Assembly (NCBI GenBank): GCA_000004985.1
Contig: GG738886.1
Direction: 5' to 3' (one strand)
Source: Naegleria gruberi
Lineage: Eukaryota
Length of the DNA stretch: 64,000 bases
Made by a program: the position numbers and the translations under genes. Each line of letters opens with the position of its first letter. Within the stretch, counting starts at the first letter, position 1. The notes under the pieces were generated by a model. That model was not told the origin of the DNA. It saw only the letters and a program-made list of their open reading frames with translations, and made no database searches. This document shows, in pieces, positions 44,864 through 55,138 of this stretch.

Positions 44864-45748
44864 ATGCAAAACTTGTTTTCTGTGTTTCGATCATACATGC
44901 CAAAAGCAACTGAAGAAACATTCAAAGCGTTTTTTGCATTCAATCCTAAGGAATTACAAATTGTTTATGACACGTTTGTTGGTAGAGTAATAGCACCAAA
45001 GTGGTTTCTAATCACCTTAGAATGGTTAACGAATTATCCTAAACATCATGTACAACATGTTTATTGGAATATTTCTAGAAGAACACTTGTTGGAAGATTA
45101 TGGAAGACGGTTTTGTTTCTCTCTCGTCTTCTCCCTGATTTTGATTTTGATGATAGACTAGAAGAAGAACCAGCAAAACGAATTTTCAAAGATATCAAGT
45201 GTATCGTTGACGGTGTTGAAATTAGAATACGTCGCCCATCTAAAAGACGATTCACTAAAAAACAAAATTGGATCCACCAGAAAACATTTTTCTCAAACAA
45301 GAAGAAAATGCATGCGATGAAATATCAAGTGGTTGTCACTCTCCGTAAAGGGAAGATTATAAATGTCAGTCGTGCGTATAGAGGACGTGTTCATGATAAA
45401 AAGATATTTGATGATTACATAAGGGAACACGGTCACGAATTTGGTGAACAAGAACATCTTGGTGACCTTGGTTATGTTGGAGTACCAGAGATATTTACAC
45501 CTTTCAAGAAACCGCGGGGTGGTGAATTAGAACAGTATCAGAAAACAATTAACAAAGTCATTGGTGCTGCGCGTGTAACTGTTGAAAATGTGATTGGTCG
45601 TATCAAACGATTTGACATACTTAACCACACATTTAGGCACCCACTTGTCAAACACGAAGATGTGTTCATCATTTGTGCGAAACTGGCGAACTTACATCTT
45701 CGCTTTCATCCCGTTCGAAAGTGTGACGAACCGCTCTTGGACGTTTAA
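44864..45748 (+). CDS. Harbinger/PIF DDE transposase (DDE_Tnp_4)
   Basis: ORF 44759..45748 starts at TTG and overlaps the Myb-like gene; first ATG at 44864. Catalytic triad context is intact: CIVDGVEIRIRRP (D), HLGDLGYVGV (D), ARVTVENVIGRIKRFDIL (E). Confidence 0.8.
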   Translation: MQNLFSVFRSYMPKATEETFKAFFAFNPKELQIVYDTFVGRVIAPKWFLITLEWLTNYPKHHVQHVYWNISRRTLVGRLWKTVLFLSRLLPDFDFDDRLEEEPAKRIFKDIKCIVDGVEIRIRRPSKRRFTKKQNWIHQKTFFSNKKKMHAMKYQVVVTLRKGKIINVSRAYRGRVHDKKIFDDYIREHGHEFGEQEHLGDLGYVGVPEIFTPFKKPRGGELEQYQKTINKVIGAARVTVENVIGRIKRFDILNHTFRHPLVKHEDVFIICAKLANLHLRFHPVRKCDEPLLDV

Positions 45749-47022
45749 TAAAAATAAAAAATAACGTTTATTTAAAAGGTTGCACCCGCTCTAATCTAGA
45801 AATTATAAAGTATTTAATAAAATGGGCTCTTTTTGTTCTAATAATTACGATTTCAACAACATATTTGGCGTTAGCAAGAAAAAGACTTAACAGTTTCCAA
45901 TTTAGCTCTTGGCATTTTTTCTCAATGGTATGAGATATACTACTGTAATGTCTGTTTCCTTATATCCACATGTTCTTGTTCGAGTGCAAATACTTGTTCA
46001 ACGACCTTTTTTGAGTAGTAATGCAACAAGAGATGAGGTGTGGAGTGTAAAATTGAGGTCAAATGAATGGTGATGTTGTTTCGGGTATGAGCAATAGATA
46101 TTTACTTTATGAAATGTTTTGAAGATATTTGCATGAAAATCTTGTCGTGAGCATCAACTTCCTAACATGTAGAAAATAAAAACAATTATTTCCGGGTATT
46201 GATTCTCTTGATACAGCAACAACCATTTCACATTCGCCAAGTTTGCCGAGATTATTAATACTCGTTGTTTCATCATTTTGGGAAGACAGATATATTTGGG
46301 CAAAATGAAAAAATTGTACATTTTAAAATCGAGATACCTGATGCCTGACGTCTTGGAACCTACCACAAACATGGACAAAAATACAACCCAAATTTCACAA
46401 AGATAACGCTAATACAACATCCAAAAACCAATCCACTATTTTCCAAATTCATATCCATTCCTCATCTCATTGTAATATGAACAAAGTCACTTTACATACA
46501 AAATCTAAAATCAAACATTCCGAATTTTTCAAGATCAACACACTTCATGATCACTAGAAAATGTAATGGTTTTTGTTTAAATGGAAAAATCTGATGGACA
46601 TCTTTTGAACAGATTTCTGAAGAGATGTTTCAAGATGTGTGTTGTATAAACATTATTACGCTTGTATTGGTAATTAAATCACCATCCATCTACAGTTTAA
46701 TACAATTCAAAGTCATCATGAAAAATCAAAAGATTTTCCTCATTTTCCTCATTGGGATTCCAATATGGAAAGAGTTATTAAGTATCCAATTTTGTAGACA
46801 TTTAGTTGTAGTTTCAAGAATCTACAAGATGTCATCTCCATCAACACTTGGTTATTTCATACATTGGATTTTATACATTGTAAACACTTATTTTCAATTA
46901 AAATCAAGTCATATTTGAAACCTTCCTTAATTGGTATGCACATTTTCAATACAAATTAAATATTAAATATTATTAATAATTGAAAAATATTTAAATTAAA
47001 TATTCTTCTTTTAATTAAAAAA

Positions 47023-48766
47023 ATGTTTCAACACTCGGTACCGAGTGAAGTTATTTTCCATGTGGCTGAATTTCTCGACTCGTTGCGTGATATTGCTCAT
47101 TTACTATTACTTCTCACCACTGAATATTCTACTTATTTTTCCTTTCATGATGGAAAAGAATTAGTAGAACAGAAAAGCAATATACAATTCTATTGGAAAA
47201 CCCTACTAGCCAATGTATTGATGGCTCACATTGAACAATTTGTTACAAGAGTTCGATCGGAGAATGATTTGAAAAAGATTAAAGAAATTAAAAAGAAAGG
47301 CTTGGCAAATTATCATCAATGTTCTGAAATTGTTCTCAAGTCGAGTGTGAGGAAAAGATTCCGATCGCTCGAGTTGAAAATTGGGGAAATGATGGAACGA
47401 TATTATGTTAGAATTTTGAATGAACAATTTGGAATAGAATCAAAGTTTGATATTTTGGAGTGTGTAGAATTGCTGACGAGGAAACGATCTAGGCAATTTT
47501 ACTCTAATTTCTTTGGGGCAATTGTGAAGAATGATAATCATGAGGAGTTTTTGAGTTCTTTGAAAGCTCTTATTAGAAGAGAAGCATTGAAATGTTATGA
47601 AAAGAATATGTTGAAAAAATTGATCAATTCTACACAATTGGAGAGTATTACCAATTCAAATTCTGAAATTATTACTGATATTTTACGTGATGGGATTGAA
47701 TTATCACCCGAGTATGCTGTTATCTTGCCAGATATCATCAAGATTTTGAAAATTAATTTATCTATTCTGCAAGTGGCAAAATTATTCACACACCTAATTG
47801 GATCTGATTTGTTAGAAACTTTTATTATGGGAAATGATTTTGAAACGATGAGTAATGAATGCATTTGACATTATTTTAAAATATGGCAAAAAGCACAACT
47901 CAATTAAGGAGATTCAGGCTTTTAAAAATTTTGTCCAAACACACGATCCATCTCTTGAAATATGGAATCATATTAAGGACGAGACAAATAGAATTGTGAA
48001 AAACCAGGAATTGATTCTAACTGATGCTCAATTTCAATTTCTTGATATTTTAGAAATTGAATCCATATGCATTGGGAATTATAAACACAGTCCAGCCAGA
48101 TTTCAGCTTATAGAATGGTTAAGAGGAAAACAGTACAGAATCGATAGAAGTGACTTGTTGAGTATTTTATTCACACCAACACCAGAATATCACTTTAGTG
48201 AATATGTGAAATTGTATCAATTTTGTAAATTGGAGTATAATTTCAGTATTTATGAGGAATATGAGTCGAGTAATTTAGTTTGTCATTTTTTCAAATCATG
48301 GAGATCAACTAATGCCAATTTATTCTTCGAGGGAATTATTCCTGATGAACTAATAATGGTAGAGCAGATATCAAGCAGATATTTATTGAGAGATTGTGTG
48401 GCTACATACTTGGATCGTATCTATTATTCTAAAAATCCAAAACCTATCATTGACTATTTACAAGACAAGTTTTATCCTTCAATATTTGATATTGATTTTC
48501 TAGTGAGTATGATCAAAAGAAAAAAGTATGCATTAGATTCTTTGAATTCCAACTACTTGTGTGAATACATACTTCCTCTTATCAAAATTAATGGAATTTC
48601 ATTTCAAGATCTGGCTGTTGGACTCATTTCTGAAAGTGGCGATGTCTTTCAAGATTGCATCTATTCTAAATATCAACAACACACAGATGAATATATCATG
48701 GCTCTATATCTTGCCTGTGTTAATATTAAGCAAATCAAAGCAGAGCAAAACCCTCTATCTCAATAA
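47023..48766 (+). CDS. hypothetical protein, gene model needs a +1 frame change at ~47852..47868
   Basis: ORFs 47023..47868 and 47855..48766 overlap by 14 nt in adjacent frames (...FETMSNECI* / MNAFDIILKYGKK...). No usable intron was found. Skipping one nt at the TGA gives a continuous ~580-aa protein. No domain recognised. Confidence 0.5.
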
Positions 48767-49480
48767 TTGAAGTATTGTAATAGTTTCATAATAAAATTCC
48801 TCTGAAAGAGTTTCCAATTCCGACACAGCCTCATGAAATGCTCGTTCAGCCATTTGCCTACCTAACTCATAATCTTTCATTATTTCCGTACAGAATACAG
48901 AGAAATTCAGAATTAATCCCAATCTGACTGGATGTGTAACAGGAAGAAAATTCTCAGCCATGCTTTTAGCCAAATTGTAGGTCTCTAAACAATTCTCAGT
49001 TACCTTCTTTCCAAATTCATTTTCATCATTGATAAATAACTCTGCAATATATCTATAGTAATCTGCCTTCATCTTTTGAAAGAAAACTGCAGAAACATTA
49101 TCAGATTGGTTGGATGGTATCAAATGTTGATCCAATAATTGCAAAACCTCATTGCCAAGATCCACAATTTCATTTCTGATTTTAATTCTGTAATTCTTGA
49201 TCATTTCCGATTGAGATGTATTTTCATATTTCAATTGCAATGAACTGATGATTCTCCAAGCATTTCTTTTACTACCCATCATGTTTTTATAGGCCACGGA
49301 GAGTAGAGATCGTTCATCAGGTGACAATTCAACATCCGATTGAACTATCTCTTTTAAGAGTTGTGCTATTTCTTCATTGATGGTTTCATCATTCGAAATT
49401 TTAATTTCAATGATTGGTACTGTTCTTCTTACCTTCATATCTCTCTGCTTGGTCGAAAACTTTGGCAAGGAACAAAACAT
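48755..49480 (-). CDS. divergent 14-3-3 family protein
   Basis: 241 aa. 14-3-3 signature 1 RSLLSVAYKNMMGSKRNAWRIISS. Also MKADYYRYIAEL, HPVRLGLILNFSVFCTEIM, and C-terminal LSEEFYYETITILQLLR, ending before the usual DNLTLWTS tail. Its 3' end overlaps the convergent gene 47023..48766 by 12 nt. Confidence 0.8.
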   Translation of the reverse strand: MFCSLPKFSTKQRDMKVRRTVPIIEIKISNDETINEEIAQLLKEIVQSDVELSPDERSLLSVAYKNMMGSKRNAWRIISSLQLKYENTSQSEMIKNYRIKIRNEIVDLGNEVLQLLDQHLIPSNQSDNVSAVFFQKMKADYYRYIAELFINDENEFGKKVTENCLETYNLAKSMAENFLPVTHPVRLGLILNFSVFCTEIMKDYELGRQMAERAFHEAVSELETLSEEFYYETITILQLLR

Positions 49481-49685
49481 CCACTCTAGAGTTATGCATT
49501 TTGTCTATTTTTTTTGTTATGAATTTTTATATAAAGGCATCACTTAGAGTTGTCATCGTTATTGATTAGCTTTCTTTATAGAGAAGCACAAGAATTCATA
49601 TGTTGATAGTAGGAACTAGGCATTGTAGAGAAGATAAAACTGTTGAAAAAAGGGGCATTAAGGAAAAACAAAAAGAAGAAAAAGC

Positions 49686-49766
49686 TGCAGAAGGTGGGAT
49701 TTGAACCCACGAAGCTTGCGCAGTAGAACTTGAGTCTACCCCCTTTGACCACTCGGGAACCCCTGC
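49686..49766 (-). tRNA. tRNA-Leu (anticodon CAA), class II with long variable arm
   Basis: Reverse complement reads GCAGGGG TT CCCGAGTGGTCAAAGGG G GTAGA CTCAAGT TCTAC TGCGCAAGCTTC GTGGG TTCAAAT CCCAC CTTCTGC A. Anticodon loop CU-CAA-GU. T-loop GTTCAAATC. The acceptor stem has two G-U pairs. Overall very similar to eukaryotic tRNA-Leu(CAA). No intron. Confidence 0.85.
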
Positions 49767-49880
49767 TTCACATCCGTTGTTCAAAATTTGTTTTTCTTAA
49801 AGAAATTGGCAAATATTCCCATCTGTTCACACAAGTTCTTTCTTGTTCGCTTCTAGCATAATCACAAAAAAATTCAACAC

Positions 49881-51408
49881 ATGACCAACAATAAGAACAC
49901 CAACAACAAACAAAAGAAGACTACCAAAAAGAAGAAGGGAATTTCATTAGATGACTTTTACAAATCGGCCAGTGCAGAAAAATTGCAAAATAATAGGAAA
50001 ATTATTAATCATCAATTTATTCCAATTGAGTTCCGATCTGATGAGGAGTATATTCTAAAATGTGTGGCCAAGAATTGGGCAATTCTTCGCTATGCATCTG
50101 ATGAGTTGACTACTTCCAAGGAATTTATGATGAAATGTGTTAAAATTTCTGGTCAATCATTTAGTTATGCTTCTAGTCAACTGAGAAATGACAAGGAATT
50201 GGTTATGGAAGTGATTAAACAAGGAAGGGAGAACTTGTATTATATTTCACAGGAATTGAGAAGTGATAGGTAGGTATAGAAAGCATTAAGTTAATAATTT
50301 ATTAACAAAAATCTCTTTCGTATTTAGACAAGTCGTTTACGAAGCTGCTATTCGAAACGAGAGTGCACTTTTTTATGCCTCTACTGAGCTACGAAATGAT
50401 AAAGAGTTTGTGAAAGATCTTGTGAGATTGAACGGTTTAATACTTGAATATGCCTCTGATGAGCTACGTAATGATAGAGAGGTGGTTATTAATGCCATTT
50501 CACAGAATGGACTAGCTCTAAAATTTGCATCCAATCTGTTGAAGAGTCAGGATGATATTGTTGAGCTAGCTTTCAGTCAAAACAAGTTGGCTTATCAATT
50601 TGCATATCCACCAAGAAAAGCAACAGATTTTTTCACAAGTGATGAATTGAAAAATGATAGAAATGTTGCATTGCAAGTGGTTGCCCTGGATGGTCTTTTA
50701 CTTGGTCAATTGAACGATAATTTTAGGAATGATAGAGAAATTGTGTTGAAAGCTGTTGAAAATAATGGAATGGCATTGAATTTTGCTTCTGAAGATTTGA
50801 GAAATGACAAGTCAATCATTCTGGAAGCTGTCAAAATTAGACAGAATGAAATTGGCAGGAAACCAATTGCTGCGTATGAGGTTGATCAAGCTAAACCTTT
50901 TGAATTAGTTTCAGATGAGTTAAAGAGTGATAAGCACTTTATTTTACAAGTCATTCAAAACAATCCTCACACATTTAAATATGTCTCCAATGAATTGAAA
51001 TGTGACACTGAATTCATTTTACAAGCTTTCAAGCAACATTCTTACAAAATCATGCACTATATTTCCAAAGATCTTCGTCAAGAAAGTACATTCCAATTGA
51101 AACTCATTCGTGATACTCTTGAAGCATTAGGATACATACCTGAAGGAATCACCAATAAGGAAGTAGTTTTAAAAGCCATTGAAAAAGATGGAAGAGCTTT
51201 GAAATGGGCTTCTTATGAGTGGCAGAATGATAAGCAAGTGGTACTAATGGCCATCAGAAGAAATGGCTATGCTATCAAATATGCTAGTGAAATATTACAA
51301 AAAGAACGTGATTTGATTTTGGAAGCTGTAAAGCAGAATGGATATTGCAGAGAATTTTCAACGGAATTACTAGATGAAAGAATGAAATATTGCTATCCAG
51401 ATTTGTAG
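49881..51408 (+). CDS. DUF4116-repeat protein, 2 exons
   Basis: join(49881..50269, 50328..51408). A 58-nt intron (GTAGGT at 50270 to TAG at 50327) splits an Arg codon ag|a. Exon 2 continues the repeat (QVVYEAAIRNESALFYASTELRNDKEF...). About 14 repeats in total. Confidence 0.8.
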
Positions 51409-51704
51409 AATATGTAATCCAAATTTCTAATTAATCACAGCAATTCATTAACTATTTCAATTATTCCAATAATTCAATTAATCTTTGTAATTTGACATGT
51501 TTTGGTACTTCATTATATTGTTTCAACAAGGGGACAAATTCTTGCTAGTTGCAAGTCTTAAATTTCAACTTGGAAAATATAACTCCTTCCAATCAAAGTA
51601 ATATAACGCTGTGGTTATCAATAGTAATATAAGCGAATGTTAGTTACAATTTTTCTTTCCAAAGTTTTACATTAAAATTGTTAATAAATCAAAACTTTAA
51701 AAAA

Positions 51705-52928
51705 ATGGGGTCCAAGTCATCACACCCAATGAACAAGCCATCTCAAATCGGAGAGTCAATAACAATTCAACAAGAACAGTCAACTAGAGAAGAAAGTTGG
51801 ATTATTTTGGGAACAGCTGATAGTGGAACTTCAACGTTTTATTATATGATTGAACGTATTTTGAGTAATAATCGACACTATTCGAATCGAAATGAGTTTA
51901 ACCATGATTTACAATTAGTTTGCTTCTTGATGATTAAAAATTTGTGGACTATTTTGGAAAGTGAAAGGAGTAGAATAATCGACTTGATTCCAAAGAGTTT
52001 CGGACCATGTTTGGAGAATTTGAATGATAAATCAAATATTGATCAATCACAAATTTCAGAATTTGATTATTGTGAATTATTGATGTATATTTGGAATATT
52101 CCATTCTTTAGAGATTTATTCGAAACTAAATGGAATGCTATTAGTCCTAACATTTCCGAAAATTTCAAAGATCCCAACATTAATTATTACCATGTATTGA
52201 GCTTATTAATTTTGGAAAATTTAGAAGAATTAATTTCCAGAATCAAATCAAAAACCGAATTCTTTCCTTTGGCTCTATCCTATGAAATTACAAAGGGAGT
52301 ACGAGAGTTCAGATACAATAATATACTTGTTAAGAATGCTGGAGGATCTAGAGGTCAAAGAAAGAAATGGTTGTGTTGTTTCAATAATCAATCAATTGCC
52401 ATTTTTATAATATCACTTGCAGAGCTAGATCAATACACAGTTGAGGACACACAAACATTGAGGATACAAGAGTCGAAACTGTTGATGGAAGAGTTGATAA
52501 ATACGCGTTTTTTAAAAACAGCAAGGAAAATTGTAATCTTTACAAAACCAGATATTCTAATTAAGAAATTGCAAAAAGGACATTCCATTCATTTGGGAAA
52601 TTACAAAATGAGACCTGAATTTAAAGAAATTATTAATAAGCATGAGCTGAAGAAGGTTGTAAACTCAATAGTTTCTCATTATTTGAATTTCGAAAATGAG
52701 ATTGAATTTAAAAAGATTCATTCCTTTCATATTGTGAATACGACAGAATTGGAAGAAGTGAATTGTGTAATGGAGAGAATATTGGATCATAATTCGAAAA
52801 ATGCATTCATTTCTCCTTGTCTCTTGCATGGCTATAGGAAACCCGAACAGTTTGAAAGAGAAATGCAGGAGAGATTATTTTGGAAATGTAGAGAACAAAG
52901 ATTATCAGATATAAGGGTTTTAACTTGA
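51705..52928 (+). CDS. G-protein alpha-subunit-like protein with degenerate GTP-binding motifs (probable pseudo-GTPase)
   Basis: Starts MGSKSS (N-myristoylation consensus) in an aaaaaaATGG context. The fold pattern matches G-alpha (helical-domain insertion; FDVGGQRSERKKWIHCFE region conserved as NAGGSRGQRKKWLCCFN). But P-loop GAGESGKS is GTADSGTS (no Lys), DVGGQ is NAGGS (no catalytic Gln), the switch I Arg is missing, and NKKD is TKPD. Confidence 0.75.
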   Translation: MGSKSSHPMNKPSQIGESITIQQEQSTREESWIILGTADSGTSTFYYMIERILSNNRHYSNRNEFNHDLQLVCFLMIKNLWTILESERSRIIDLIPKSFGPCLENLNDKSNIDQSQISEFDYCELLMYIWNIPFFRDLFETKWNAISPNISENFKDPNINYYHVLSLLILENLEELISRIKSKTEFFPLALSYEITKGVREFRYNNILVKNAGGSRGQRKKWLCCFNNQSIAIFIISLAELDQYTVEDTQTLRIQESKLLMEELINTRFLKTARKIVIFTKPDILIKKLQKGHSIHLGNYKMRPEFKEIINKHELKKVVNSIVSHYLNFENEIEFKKIHSFHIVNTTELEEVNCVMERILDHNSKNAFISPCLLHGYRKPEQFEREMQERLFWKCREQRLSDIRVLT

Positions 52929-53178
52929 ACTACTTGAAAATTAACACAATCCATTTGAAAAGCATAAAACTCTCCCGTATATTCATCCAAACACAATCCT
53001 GAAACACCCGTGAGAACTCACAATTATGAGAATGTACTATTTCTAAATTGTCTCTAGCATTTGAAAGGATAATGTGTCGATTCAATTCGTCATGTATAAT
53101 TGAATAGAATTATGTGGTGTCCTTCATGGATGTATGAAACAATCAAATTGAGAGCTTGTTGGACTTCAGATTAAAAAA

Positions 53179-54877
53179 ATGACTCAACTTGTTCTAATAG
53201 ATTTTCACACTCCATGATTGGACTAATTTTCACAAATTAAAAGAAAAATTCATCAAACAAGAAAAAGGACTCGTAAATTGGCTGAACGAAACTTTAAATA
53301 TAAAATCGGACAAGTTCAATCTAGACGAATATTGTTTTTTAAAAATCGAATATGCATTCGAAAGGGATGTTGTTTCGAGTCTAATTAGAAATAATGACAT
53401 TAGAATACCTAGTTGTTTCGGATGGAGGACAGATCTTGAATTTTTGAAAAAAGCTGCACTTTCAGGTTATACAACAGCTAGAAAAGAAATTGAGGAGCTA
53501 GTTACTGATGAGGAGGTTTGGAGATTTCTTGTTAAAACGTATAATTGGACTGGATTTAGAGATGAATTGACATTTAACAAGGAGTTTATGTTGTTTGCTA
53601 TTGAGGAAATGATTGTTAGTGCCGAAAGTTTATTGGAAAGGTGTAACGAAAGTTTCAGAAATGATCCAGAGACTGTAAGGAGTGTATATTTTGCACATGT
53701 TGTGACTCGAACATATTCTTTAGCGGGTTTTTCAGATGATGAATATATCGGAAATCCCTTCGATATTTTGCAAACTCAAACCTATCTCTATTCACATCGG
53801 TCAATTGTTGAAAATTTGAGAAATGACCCTATTTTCATTTTGGATTGTGTAAAGAAATTTGGAAGAGTTTTGGCATTTCTTGATTTGAAATACAGATCTG
53901 ATAGAAATTATGTGCTGGAAGCTATTAGACAGATAGATGGTGGAACTTATTGTTATCACAAAGGATTATTGAGATTCGCCTCTGAGGAGTTAAGAAATGA
54001 CAGAGAAATTGTTAAGGTGGCTGTGCAAAACTGGGCCTCATGTTTCCAATTTGCATCAGATAATCTCAGAAGGGATGAAGAGGTAATTCGTGAACTCATT
54101 TCAATTTCATCAGGAAATGTTTTAGAGTATGCTGAAGAAAGTATTTTGAAAAATGTAGAACTTGTACTCTTTGGATTGGAATCGGATGCTGGTTGTTTTG
54201 AATTATTTGATCAGAGTTTACAAAATGATAGAGATTTTATACTAAGATGTGCAAAAATCAATGGTAACATACAAGTTCCAGATATGTTTTCTAGTGATAG
54301 AGAAATTATGAAAACTCTATTAGAAACTTGTTTGAGGAATCGCCAAAGTGAGAATGATATTTTTTACACAATTGATGAATCTCTGTTTATGGACATTGAA
54401 TTTGTTAAGGAGCTAGTTGATCTTTATGAAATATATCCAGACACTCATTTTCCAACAAGGTTATGCAAATTTATTAATGAAGAAATAATTTGGAAAATAA
54501 TTCAACAATCTGCAAAAAAGGGGCTAATGAGATATGAAATTCGTGAGATATCTGATGTTTGGAAAGATCCATTGTTTGTGAAAAAGGTTCTCGATCTTGG
54601 AATTAAATTATCACGAGTTGATTATACAGCATTCGCTGACGATTTGAAATTAAGGATATGGAAAGACGAAACCAATATTTATTCGTTTCCATTCAAAAAG
54701 AGCAGTATGGAATTTCAAAGACAAGCTGTCAAGCTCAAACCTGAATGTATTTACGGTTCCTACTATTTTCAAACAATTTGTGGATATAGTGAAGATCGAG
54801 AAGAATTGTTGAGGTTGAGAGCAAACAGATTGGAATATTTACAATTCCACCTCCCAAAAAGATTTGATACTTGGTGA
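53179..54877 (+). CDS. DUF4116-repeat protein; N-terminal start unclear (frame change near 53201..53217)
   Basis: ORF 53444..54877 has a TTG start; the same frame is open back to 53201 with no ATG. An ATG at 53179 in the +1-adjacent frame (MTQLVLIDFHTP*) could serve if one nt is skipped near 53215. Body carries DUF4116 repeats (RNDREIVKVAVQNWASCFQFASDNLRRDEEV...). Confidence 0.65.
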
Positions 54878-55138
54878 GCATGTTAAACTTGTTGACTCTC
54901 AATTCTTAATTACTTAATTATTGAACTAATTCATGCCCACCACTTTCACAAATTTCCTTTTCTAGACAATTTTATTGTAAACAATTGTGATTGAAAAAAT
55001 CACAATTCTACATTTTTCACACCAAACAGCTGTACCACCAATTGAACAATGTCTCTTTCAACAACAACATTTCAATAATTGTTCAATATTATTATTATTT
55101 AAATATATTGCAAGTTAGTTTGAAAATATTAAAAAAAA

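Larger units (their letters stand above)
43440..45950. mobile_element. Harbinger/PIF-superfamily DNA transposon (Myb-like protein gene + DDE_Tnp_4 transposase gene, divergently arranged); boundaries uncertain
   Basis: Two divergent ORFs begin 66 nt apart. Their composition and codon usage differ from neighbouring genes: CGT/CGC/GCG/CCG/ACG codons are common here, while host genes use AGA/GCT/CCA/ACT. The flanks at 43440..43690 and ~46140..46380 are more GC-rich. I could not find terminal inverted repeats or a 3-bp TSD by eye. Confidence 0.65.

Noticed and set aside
43436-45784. 9-nt direct repeat AAGGTTGCA at ~43436 and ~45776 as a possible target-site duplication for the transposon
   Set aside because: Harbinger/PIF elements make 3-bp TSDs. 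A single 9-mer match between two ~300-nt windows is expected by chance, with probability around 0.3. No flanking TIRs support it.
29856-53220. Programmed +1 ribosomal frameshifting at stop codons, as in Euplotes
   Set aside because: Three +1 sites fall exactly at an in-frame stop. But the histidine-kinase sites need the shift well upstream of the stop. One site is -1. There is no shared slippery motif (no AAA-TAA), and standard TAA/TAG/TGA stops end all other genes. Indel errors or real mutations are more parsimonious.
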